Source of the DNA: Deltaproteobacteria bacterium
GTDB lineage: Bacteria > Myxococcota_A > Polyangia > DRWM01 > JAAZOP01
DNA: 64,000 bases
Direction of reading: 5' to 3'
Assembly (NCBI GenBank): GCA_016218765.1
Contig: JACRCZ010000144.1
Location: 43,269-107,268 of the forward strand
The position numbers were made by a program, and so were the translations under genes. Numbering within the stretch: the first letter of the stretch is position 1; each line of letters begins with the position of its first letter. Below the pieces are notes generated by a model. It was not told where the DNA came from, did not search any database, and worked only from the letters and a program-made list of their open reading frames with translations. Positions 19,208-27,533 of the stretch are shown here, in pieces.

Positions 19208-20026
19208 ATGAAGGGCCTGCTGATCGACGTGACGCGGTGCATCGGATGCTGGGAGTGCACCAACGCCTGCGCCAAGGCGAACTCCCTGCCCCCCGTCGAC
19301 AGCCTGACCCGCGCCGCCGGTCCCGAGCTCTCCGCCGACCGCTACACCGTCCTGCGCAAGGTCGAAGTCGGCGACCGGGGACGACGCTACGTCCGCCGCC
19401 TGTGCATGCACTGCCTCGAACCGACCTGCGCCTCCGTCTGCCCCGTCGGAGCCCTCCACCGCACCCCGGCAGGACCCGTCGTCTACGAGGTCGACCGCTG
19501 CATCGGCTGCCGCTACTGCATCATGGCCTGCCCCCACAACGTGCCGCGCTACGAATGGAACGAGCCCGCTCCCCGCGTGCGCAAATGCATCCTCTGCGCA
19601 CCACGCGTCGCCCGCGGCGAGCCGACCGCGTGCGCGGACGCGTGCCCCATGGGCGCCACCCTGTTCGGCGAACGCGAAGAGCTCCTGGACGAGGCCCGCC
19701 GGCGCATGGTCGAAAGCCCCGACCTCTACACCGAAGGCGTCTTCGGCGAGCTGGAAGCCGGAGGCACCGGCGTCCTGTTCCTCTCCGACGTCCCCTTCGC
19801 CGCCCTCGGCTTCCCCACCGACCTCCCGAACCACCCGCTGGGCGAGAACACCGAAGCCGTCCTCTCGCGCCTGCCCGACGTCATCCTCATCGCAGGCTCC
19901 CTCCTCTTCGGACTGCAGTGGATCATCCACCGCCGCGAAAAACTCGCCGAGGAAGCGGAAACCGAGCGCACCAGCGAGAAGAGCACCCCGACGACCGAGC
20001 CGCACGAGGAAGGGGAGCGGGCGTGA
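19208..20026 (+). CDS. 4x[4Fe-4S] ferredoxin-type subunit (NrfC/HybA/DmsB family) with C-terminal TM helix and no Tat signal
   Basis: Four Cys clusters (CIGCWECTNAC; CMHCLEPTCASVCP; CIGCRYCIMACP; CILC..CADACP). C-terminal helix VILIAGSLLFGLQWII. The protein starts directly at MKGLLIDVTRCIGC. Confidence 0.85.
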   Translation: MKGLLIDVTRCIGCWECTNACAKANSLPPVDSLTRAAGPELSADRYTVLRKVEVGDRGRRYVRRLCMHCLEPTCASVCPVGALHRTPAGPVVYEVDRCIGCRYCIMACPHNVPRYEWNEPAPRVRKCILCAPRVARGEPTACADACPMGATLFGEREELLDEARRRMVESPDLYTEGVFGELEAGGTGVLFLSDVPFAALGFPTDLPNHPLGENTEAVLSRLPDVILIAGSLLFGLQWIIHRREKLAEEAETERTSEKSTPTTEPHEEGERA

Positions 20027-20063
20027 CCCGCGATCCGGCCACCGGGTGCGCCCGAACGGATCT

Positions 20064-20159
20064 CGCGCAGAGACGCAGAGACGCAGCGAAGCGGAATCGG
20101 AGCCAATTCCTTCTCTGCGCCCCTGCACCCCTGCGCCTCTGCGCGAATTTTCCGCGCAG
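20064..20159 (+). other. Imperfect long inverted repeat with an alternative third pairing partner, in the NrfC-like/NrfD-like spacer
   Basis: CGCGCAGAG..(GCAGAGAC)2.. pairs with ..CCTCTGCGCG (20136-20145). The same right arm can also pair with CGCGCAG at 20153-20159 across the loop AATTTTC. Confidence 0.7.
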
Positions 20160-20205
20160 GACGGCCTAGGCACGCAAGGGGAGGGGAGGCGGGCAGGAAA
20201 ACCAC

Positions 20206-21363
20206 ATGGAGGCCCTCAAACGACTCCTCCGGCCCACGTTCTGGAAGGTCGTCTTCGTCCTCGTCGTCGCCGCGGGCCTCTACGCCACGTGGCTGCGCTT
20301 CGCCAAAGGCCTCGGCGCCGCCACCGCCCTCTCCGACCGGTTCCCCTGGGGCATCTGGATCGGGTTCGATATCCTCTGCGGCGTCGGCCTCGCCGCCGGC
20401 GGGTTCACCATGGCCGCCGCCGTCCACATCTTCCGCGTCAAACGCTTCGAGGCCGTCGTCCGACCCGCCATCCTCACCGCATTCCTCGGCTACGTCCTCG
20501 TCGTCTTCGCCCTCATGTTCGATCTCGGCCGGCCATGGGTCGTCTGGCACCCCCTCGTCATGTGGAACCCCCACTCCGTCATGTTCGAAGTCGCCTGGTG
20601 CGTCATGCTCTACACCACCGTCCTGGCCCTCGAGTTCAGCCCCATGGTCTTCGAACGCCTCGGCTGGGGCAAGGCCCTCCGCCGCGTCCACCGCGCACTG
20701 CCCTACTTCGTCGTCCTCGGCGTCCTCCTCTCCACCCTCCACCAGTCGTCCCTCGGCTCCCTCTACCTCATCGTCCCGACCAAGCTCCATCCCCTCTGGT
20801 ACACCCCCCTCCTGCCCATCCAGTTCTTCCTCTCCGCCGCCGCCATCGGCTCGGCCATGGTGCTCTTCGAGTCCCGACTGTCCGGACGCGCGTTCGGACA
20901 CGAGCTGCCCGCCGCCGTCCGCGTCGACCTCTCCCGCGTCATGATGGTCCTCCTCGTCCCCTTCGCCCTCCTGCGCCTGGCCGACCTCTCGCGCCGCGGC
21001 GTCCTCGGCCTCGCCTTCGAGCCCACCATGGAAGCCTTCCTGTTCCAGGTGGAGTTCAGCCTGGGCGTCGTTCTCCCCATCATCCTCGTGGCCATCCGCC
21101 GCGTGCGACACGCACCCCAAGGCCCGTTCTTCGCCGCCATCTGCGCCATCCTGGGCTTCGTCACCCACCGCCTCAACGTCAGCATCACCGGCATGGATGC
21201 GACCCAGAAGACCGGCTACTTCCCCGCCTGGACCGAGCTCGCCGTCACCATGATGATCGTCGCCGTCGGCTTCGCCGCCTTCGCCCTCGCCGTGAAGTTC
21301 CTCCCCGTGTTCCGCCAGACAGGCGAGGAACCGGAAGGCGAGGGCGCCCCGGTCGAGCCGTAG
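20206..21363 (+). CDS. NrfD/PsrC/HmcC-type polytopic membrane quinone-interacting subunit
   Basis: 385 aa with about 10 hydrophobic segments. Placement directly after the NrfC-like gene fits the NrfCD module. Confidence 0.8.
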   Translation: MEALKRLLRPTFWKVVFVLVVAAGLYATWLRFAKGLGAATALSDRFPWGIWIGFDILCGVGLAAGGFTMAAAVHIFRVKRFEAVVRPAILTAFLGYVLVVFALMFDLGRPWVVWHPLVMWNPHSVMFEVAWCVMLYTTVLALEFSPMVFERLGWGKALRRVHRALPYFVVLGVLLSTLHQSSLGSLYLIVPTKLHPLWYTPLLPIQFFLSAAAIGSAMVLFESRLSGRAFGHELPAAVRVDLSRVMMVLLVPFALLRLADLSRRGVLGLAFEPTMEAFLFQVEFSLGVVLPIILVAIRRVRHAPQGPFFAAICAILGFVTHRLNVSITGMDATQKTGYFPAWTELAVTMMIVAVGFAAFALAVKFLPVFRQTGEEPEGEGAPVEP

Positions 21364-21443
21364 GCGCCACCGATGGAACCCGAGATTGCATTTGCCAGCC
21401 CCGGCCCCCCCCCGGGTATGATCGGTGCCGGAGGACCCGGCGC

Positions 21444-23888
21444 ATGACTCGTCCCATCCTCGCGCTCGCCGTCGCCGCCGCAGCCTGCGGCCAGGACCCC
21501 AAACCGCACACGACCAGGGCCGACGAAGTCCAGGTCGTCCTGCGCGACTCGCCCGCCGAGCTCGAAGTCCGCGACCTCCTTGACCACCCGCTGTTCCAGA
21601 CCCTCGCAGGCGGCGACGTCCCGGAAGACCAGGAGCCCCTCGTCTTCGCCGCCCTCCGCCACGCCGAAGCCAGCGTCGACTTCGGCGTCGGAACCTTCCG
21701 CGTCGAGGACCACAACGCGGAACCATGGCTCGGTGTCGCACGGCTCGACGACGTCGCGGTCGAAGCCTCCCGCATCTCCTTCGCCATGCTCGGAACCGAC
21801 GGACAACGCCTCGGAACGGGAAGCGTGACCACCGACGAAGGCGGAAGCGTGACCCTCGACCTGGCCGCCACAGACCCGCGCCTGAACCGCCTCTCCCTCG
21901 GATTCGCCTGCGCCCCCGACGAACACTTCCTCGGCATGGGCGGCCAGAGCTGGGACGTCGACCACCGCGGCCAACGAATCCCCCTCTGGGTCCAGGAAGA
22001 CGGCCTCGGCAAGGACCCCACCGACGACTACGAAGGCTCCTGGTACGTCGTCGGACGAAAACACCAGACCCACACCCCCATCCCCATCTTCCTCTCCAGC
22101 CGCGGCTACGCCCTCCTCCTCGATACCCCCACCCGCTCGATCTTCGACTTCTGCTCCACCGATTCCGCACGCGGACGCATCGAAGCCTGGGAAGGACGGA
22201 TGCACGTCCGGATCCTCCGCGGCGCCGGCATCGCCCAGGCCATCGGACGCATGACCGCCGAAGTCGGCCGCCCCGACCTGCCCCCGATGTGGGTCTTCGC
22301 CCCATGGCTCGACGCACTCTACGGCCCCGAAAACGTCCGCCGCGTCGCCGCCAAACTCCGCGACCGCGGCATCCCGTCGTCCGTGATCTGGACCGAAGAC
22401 TGGCGCGGCGGACACGCGGGAACCGGAGGCTACGCCCTCGAAGAGGATTGGCGCGTCGACCGCACCCTCTACCCGGACTTCGAAACGCTCGCCGACGACC
22501 TCCACGCCCTCGGCTTCAAGTTCCTCACCTACAACAACACCTTCGTCGTCCGCGGCAGCGACGTCTGGGACGAAGTCCGAACCAACGACTACGGCATCCA
22601 CGACGCCGCCGGCGACACCTACGCCTTCATGGGCGTCACCTTCGTCGACACCACCCTCCTCGACCTCAGCAACACCGCCGCGCGCGAATGGGCCAAGAAC
22701 GTCTGGGCCCAGGGACTCGCCCTCGGCGCCGACGGCTGGATGGCCGACTACGCCGAATGGCTCCCCACCGACGCCGTCCTCGCCTCGGGACAGGACCCCA
22801 TGACCGCACACAACCTCTACCCCGTCGAGTTCCAGCGCCTCACCCGCGAGGTCCTCGCCACCGCAGGCCGGGAAACGACCTGGTTCGCACGCTCCGGCTA
22901 CCTGGGCTCCCAGCCCCTCGTCCAGGTCTACTGGGCCGGCGACCAGCAGACCGACTGGAGCTTGGGCGACGGCATGCCCTCCGTCATCCCCATGGGCATC
23001 GGTCTCGGCCTCGTCGGCTTCCCCTACTTCGCCCACGACATCGGCGGATACCAGAGCGCCTACACCGACCCCACCACCGAGGAGCTGTGGTACCGCTGGG
23101 TCTCCCTCGGCGCCATGTCCCCCGTCATGCGCACCCACCACGGACGCAGCGCCGCCGAGAACTGGAACTGGGAAAGCGACGAACCCAGCACCGAACACCT
23201 CCGCCGCTGGACCGCACGCCACATGCAGCTCCTCCCGTACCTGTACGCGGCCGCCGAGGCCGCCTCGTCCGGCGACGGACTCCCCATCCTGCGACCCATG
23301 GCCGTGCGCTGGCCGGAATGGGAGCCGGCCTGGACCGCCACCGACCAGTACCTGCTGGGCGACCGCATCGTCGTCGCACCCGTCCTCGAACAGGGCGCGA
23401 CCTCGCGCCGCGTCCGACTCCCCGAAGGCACCTTCCATCCGCTGTGGGAAGGAACGACCGTCACCATGCCGGCCGGAGGAGGAGAAACCACCGCCATCGC
23501 CCCGCTCGAAGACTGCCCCGCCTTCGTCCCCGCAGGAACCATCCTCGTCCTCCTCCCCGAAGGCGCCGACACCGCCGTCGAAGAGGGCGGAGTGGACGCC
23601 GCCGTCCGGCGCGTCTCCACCCTCGGCGACAACCGCCAAATCCGCGTCTGGGCCGGCGGCTCCAGCTCGTTCGTGGAGGCTGGCGGGCGGCTGCGCTACG
23701 AGTGGCACGCCGACGCCGCCGATTCGGCGACCGGCGAGCTGCGGTGGAACGGAACCCCGCTGGACCCGCCGGGCATGATGAGCGTCACCCTCACGGGCAA
23801 CGGCACCCTCTCCTTCGCCGGCGGCGCCACCCTCACCGTCCAAGGCGGCGCCCCCGACCGCCTGCTGGTGGTGCAATGGGACGGATGA
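21444..23888 (+). CDS. Glycoside hydrolase family 31 lipoprotein
   Basis: ATG 21444 with lipobox LAVAAAAC. GH31 motifs GADGWMADYAEW (nucleophile region), WAGDQQTDW, FAHDIGGY. Confidence 0.85.
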   Translation: MTRPILALAVAAAACGQDPKPHTTRADEVQVVLRDSPAELEVRDLLDHPLFQTLAGGDVPEDQEPLVFAALRHAEASVDFGVGTFRVEDHNAEPWLGVARLDDVAVEASRISFAMLGTDGQRLGTGSVTTDEGGSVTLDLAATDPRLNRLSLGFACAPDEHFLGMGGQSWDVDHRGQRIPLWVQEDGLGKDPTDDYEGSWYVVGRKHQTHTPIPIFLSSRGYALLLDTPTRSIFDFCSTDSARGRIEAWEGRMHVRILRGAGIAQAIGRMTAEVGRPDLPPMWVFAPWLDALYGPENVRRVAAKLRDRGIPSSVIWTEDWRGGHAGTGGYALEEDWRVDRTLYPDFETLADDLHALGFKFLTYNNTFVVRGSDVWDEVRTNDYGIHDAAGDTYAFMGVTFVDTTLLDLSNTAAREWAKNVWAQGLALGADGWMADYAEWLPTDAVLASGQDPMTAHNLYPVEFQRLTREVLATAGRETTWFARSGYLGSQPLVQVYWAGDQQTDWSLGDGMPSVIPMGIGLGLVGFPYFAHDIGGYQSAYTDPTTEELWYRWVSLGAMSPVMRTHHGRSAAENWNWESDEPSTEHLRRWTARHMQLLPYLYAAAEAASSGDGLPILRPMAVRWPEWEPAWTATDQYLLGDRIVVAPVLEQGATSRRVRLPEGTFHPLWEGTTVTMPAGGGETTAIAPLEDCPAFVPAGTILVLLPEGADTAVEEGGVDAAVRRVSTLGDNRQIRVWAGGSSSFVEAGGRLRYEWHADAADSATGELRWNGTPLDPPGMMSVTLTGNGTLSFAGGATLTVQGGAPDRLLVVQWDG

Positions 23889-23892
23889 ACCG

Positions 23893-25512
23893 ATGAAGTT
23901 CCCCGCCCGAGCGCTCGCGTTCCGCGTCTCGCTGCTGCTCATGGCCGCGGTCGCCCTCATCCTCGGACTGTTCGGCGTCTGGGTCGCACGCGACAGCCGC
24001 TCCCAGCTCGAACAAACCGTCATCGAACACGCCGACCAGCTCGGCGACGTGATCCGCCGCAGCACCCGCTCCCTCATGTTCCGCAACGAACGCGCCGAAA
24101 TCTTCGAGATCATCCAGGCCATCGGCGAACAGCCGGGCATCGTACGAGTCCGGATCTACGACAAGGAAGGACGCGTCCGGTACTCCACCCAGGCCGGCGA
24201 AGTCGGCCAGGAAGTCGACAAGACCGCCGAGGCGTGCGTCAACTGCCACCGCGGAAACGCCCCCGTCCCCGACATCCGCCGCCAGGAACGCTACCGCATC
24301 TTCGACGGCGGCAACCACGGCCGCGTCCTCGGCATGATCGTCCCCATCCGCAACGAACCGACCTGCGCCGAAGCCGCGTGCCACGTCCACCCCGCAGGCC
24401 AGCGCATCCTGGGCGTCCTCGACGTCCAGATGTCCCTCGCCCAGGTCGATGAAAGCCGCGCCGGTCTCACCACCCGCATGGCCGTCTCCGCCGGCGTCAC
24501 CGTCGTCGCCCTCATGGCCCTCTCCACCCTCCTCCTCCTCCGCCTCGTCTATCGCCCCGTCGCTCGCCTCATCGTCGGCACCAAACGGCTCGGCGCGGGA
24601 AACCTCGCCGACCGCATCCCCGTCGCCTCCGGGAACGAGCTCGGAGAGCTCGCCGCCTCCTTCAACACCATGGCCGGCGAGCTGTCCGCGGCACGAACCG
24701 AGCTCGAAACTTGGACCCACACCCTCGAAGAACGCGTCGCCCAGAAGTCCCGACAGCTCGAAAAAGTCCAGGCCGACATCGTCCAGGTCGAAAAAATGGC
24801 GTCGCTGGGCAAACTGGCCGCCATCGTCGCCCACGAAATCAACAACCCCCTCGCCGCCATCCGCACCTACGCCCACCTCCTCCTCAAACGCGAGGAGCGC
24901 TTCGCCGCACGGAAGGAACGAAAAGAAGGGGAGGAAGCCGAACGAGGCCAGATCCTCGGGTCCGTCGAATCGGAAGCCACGCGCTGCGGCGAGATCGTCA
25001 AACAGCTCCTCCAGTTCGCTCGACCGTCACGCCCTCGCGCCGAACGCTGCGACCTGGGAGACCTCGTCACCGGCACCGTCCGCCTCGTCCAACACCAGCT
25101 CGACGTCCAGGGCCTGCGCAAGACCGTCGCCGTCTCCGAAGACCTGCCGCCCATCGTCTGCGACCCGCAACAGGTGCGACAGGCCCTCGTCGCCGTCCTC
25201 ATGAACGCCTGCGAAGCCATGGGCAGCGACGGCACCCTCTCCGTCGATGCCCGCGCAGGCGAGAACGGCTGGGCCGTCGTCGAAATTCGCGACACCGGCG
25301 TGGGCATGGACGAGGAAACCCAGAAACAGGTCTTCGAGCCCTTCTTCACCACCAAGGAGAAAGGCTCCGGCATCGGCCTGTCCGTGGCCTACTCCATCGT
25401 CCGCGCCCACGGCGGACGCGTGACCCTGGACTCCCGTCCGGGAGCCGGAACGACCGTCCGAATCGAGCTTCCACCGCAGCCGCCCGAGGCCGCGGCGGAG
25501 GAGGAGCGGTGA
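23893..25512 (+). CDS. Sensor histidine kinase (2 TM, periplasmic CXXCH-containing domain, HAMP, HisKA, HATPase)
   Basis: H-box VAHEINNPLAAI and G-boxes DTGVGM, GSGIGL. CVNCH at aa 115-119 and CAEAACH at 158-164 lie between the two TM helices. Confidence 0.9.
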   Translation: MKFPARALAFRVSLLLMAAVALILGLFGVWVARDSRSQLEQTVIEHADQLGDVIRRSTRSLMFRNERAEIFEIIQAIGEQPGIVRVRIYDKEGRVRYSTQAGEVGQEVDKTAEACVNCHRGNAPVPDIRRQERYRIFDGGNHGRVLGMIVPIRNEPTCAEAACHVHPAGQRILGVLDVQMSLAQVDESRAGLTTRMAVSAGVTVVALMALSTLLLLRLVYRPVARLIVGTKRLGAGNLADRIPVASGNELGELAASFNTMAGELSAARTELETWTHTLEERVAQKSRQLEKVQADIVQVEKMASLGKLAAIVAHEINNPLAAIRTYAHLLLKREERFAARKERKEGEEAERGQILGSVESEATRCGEIVKQLLQFARPSRPRAERCDLGDLVTGTVRLVQHQLDVQGLRKTVAVSEDLPPIVCDPQQVRQALVAVLMNACEAMGSDGTLSVDARAGENGWAVVEIRDTGVGMDEETQKQVFEPFFTTKEKGSGIGLSVAYSIVRAHGGRVTLDSRPGAGTTVRIELPPQPPEAAAEEER

Positions 25513-25515
25513 ACC

Positions 25516-26844
25516 ATGGCAGGCGACATCCGGATCCTGATCGTCGATGACGATCCGTCCGTGCGCGACTCCCTCGGACGCTGGTTCCGCGACGAAGGCT
25601 GCGAGGTCGACGTCGCAGGCAACGCCAAGGAGGCACTCCGCAAGCTGGGCGAGGCCGCCTGGGACGTGTTCCTCCTCGATATCCGCATGCCGGGCATGGA
25701 CGGACTCGAGCTCCAGCAGCACATCCTCGCCGTCCAGCCCGACGCCACCATCATCGTCATGACCGCCTACGCCTCCGTCGACAGCGCCGTGCGCGCCATG
25801 CGCCAGGGCGCCCACGACTACATCACCAAACCCTTCGATCCCGACGCCGTCGAACGATTGGCCAGGACCGCCGTCGAACGACGCCGCCTCCAACGACAGA
25901 ACGAACAGCTCAAACGCGCCGTCGCCGAGCTGGAACCCGAAGCCGAAATCGTCGGCGACTCCCCCGCCATGCGCAACGCCCGACGGTGGATCGAAGCCGC
26001 GGGCTCCAGCGACGGCCCCATCCTCATCGTCGGCGAACGCGGCACCGGCAGGGAAACCGTCGCGCGCGCCATCCACGCACGCAGCGTCCGCCGCTACATG
26101 CCCTTCGTCACCCTCGGAACCGCCCTCGCCGGCCCGGAGCTCGAAGCCGAAATGCTCGGCCTCGAACAGGGCCCGGGCGGCCGCGCCCGCCGCCGCGGGA
26201 AACTCGAGCTCGCCGACGGCGGAACCCTCTTCGTCGATGGCATCGCAGGACTCGGCCCCAAAGCCCAGGAAGACCTCCTCCGCGCCGTCGAAGACAAGGC
26301 CATCTGCAGACTCGGCGCCGAACGCCGCATCCCCGTCGACTTCCGGCCCATCGCCGCCGCGGAACGCGAACCCGCCCCCGGCGAGCCGGGTCTCCGACCC
26401 GAGCTCCTCGAACGACTCGCCGTGGTTACGATCCGCCTGCCGCCGCTGCGCGAACGGCGGGAGGACATCGAACCGCTGGCGGAACAGTTCCTCCGGCGCT
26501 GCGGACGCAAGATGAACCGGCTGTTCCAAGGCTTCTCCAGCGCCGCCCTGCAAACCCTGCGCGAAGCCGAATGGCCCGGCAACGTCCGACAGCTCCAGAT
26601 CGCCGTCGAACGCGCCGCCGTCCTCAAGGACGGAGGAATCATCGACGAACACGATCTGCGCCCGGACGCCGACCTGGGACGGAAGGAATCCGACGGCGAC
26701 CCGGACGAGATCGCCAGGATCCGCGGCGCCCTCGCGGCCGCGGAAGGGAACCTCGCCGTCGCCGCCGGAATCCTCGGCGTCGACCGCGCCGACCTGTTCG
26801 AACGCATGAAACGCCTCGGCGTGGAACGGACCACGGGGAAGTGA
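25516..26844 (+). CDS. NtrC-family response regulator (REC, degenerate AAA+ sigma-54-interaction domain, Fis-type HTH)
   Basis: REC domain is intact (DDD, D55, TKP). The AAA+ core is recognisable (PPLRERREDIEPLA, WPGNVRQL), but Walker A is GERGTGRE, GAFTGA is replaced by GPGGRA, and Walker B is LFVDGI. Confidence 0.85.
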   Translation: MAGDIRILIVDDDPSVRDSLGRWFRDEGCEVDVAGNAKEALRKLGEAAWDVFLLDIRMPGMDGLELQQHILAVQPDATIIVMTAYASVDSAVRAMRQGAHDYITKPFDPDAVERLARTAVERRRLQRQNEQLKRAVAELEPEAEIVGDSPAMRNARRWIEAAGSSDGPILIVGERGTGRETVARAIHARSVRRYMPFVTLGTALAGPELEAEMLGLEQGPGGRARRRGKLELADGGTLFVDGIAGLGPKAQEDLLRAVEDKAICRLGAERRIPVDFRPIAAAEREPAPGEPGLRPELLERLAVVTIRLPPLRERREDIEPLAEQFLRRCGRKMNRLFQGFSSAALQTLREAEWPGNVRQLQIAVERAAVLKDGGIIDEHDLRPDADLGRKESDGDPDEIARIRGALAAAEGNLAVAAGILGVDRADLFERMKRLGVERTTGK

Positions 26845-26930
26845 AACGGGGGAACGGGGAACGGGGAACGCGAACGGGGATCAAGGAACGAGGAACAAGG
26901 AACTAGGAACTAGGAACTAGGAATTGGAAC
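26845..26930 (+). repeat. About 12 tandem 7-bp units (NNGGAAC)
   Basis: gggggaac ggggaac ggggaac gcgaac ggggatc aaggaac gaggaac aaggaac taggaac taggaac taggaat tggaac. This fills the regulator-amz intergenic gap. Confidence 0.9.
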
Positions 26931-26934
26931 AGCG

Positions 26935-27522
26935 TTGGGGGGGGTGGAGCTGAAGCGCGGCACACGGGTGGCGGACGAAATCATCATCCTACCGATCGGA
27001 GCGGCCGATCCGGCCCTGATCGAGTTCCTCTCGCTCACCGTGGGCCAGGCCTTCGGACGCGACGTGCGGGCAGGCTGGGCCGCCATGGCCCCCGACTTCG
27101 CCTACGACCCCGTGCGCCGCCAGGTCCACTCCACCATGCTCATCGACCGCATCGAAGCCATGCCCCACGCGGGTGACCCCAAGGTCCTCGGCGTCACCGA
27201 AGCCGACCTCTTCATCCCCATCTTCACCTTCGTCTTCGGCGAAGCCCGCCTGGGAGGCCGCGCCGCCGTCATGTCCGTCGCCCGCCTCCGCGAATCCCAC
27301 TACGGCCGCGACGATGACCCGCGCGTCCTCTACCGCCGCGCCGAAAAGGAGGCACTCCACGAGCTCGGTCACACCTTCGGCCTCGTCCACTGCCTCGACT
27401 ACGGCTGCGTCATGCACTTCGCCAACACCGTCGAAGACGTCGACATCAAAGGCGACGGATTCTGTGCCAAATGCGAACGACGCCTCGCCACCCGCTTGAA
27501 CCCCCGCCGATCCCCAGGCTAG
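26935..27522 (+). CDS. amzA: Archaemetzincin-family zinc metalloprotease
   Basis: HELGHTFGLVHCLDYGCVMH..(17)..CAKC matches the HEXXHXXGX3CX4CXMX17CXXC signature. TTG 26935 or GTG 26944 are possible starts. Confidence 0.85.
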   Translation: MGGVELKRGTRVADEIIILPIGAADPALIEFLSLTVGQAFGRDVRAGWAAMAPDFAYDPVRRQVHSTMLIDRIEAMPHAGDPKVLGVTEADLFIPIFTFVFGEARLGGRAAVMSVARLRESHYGRDDDPRVLYRRAEKEALHELGHTFGLVHCLDYGCVMHFANTVEDVDIKGDGFCAKCERRLATRLNPRRSPG

Positions 27523-27533
27523 GCTCGCCGCCT

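Noticed and set aside
26845-26930. Tandem repeats here and at 45577..45665 as CRISPR arrays
   Set aside because: The units are 7-10 bp and contiguous, with no spacers, and there are no cas genes in the window.
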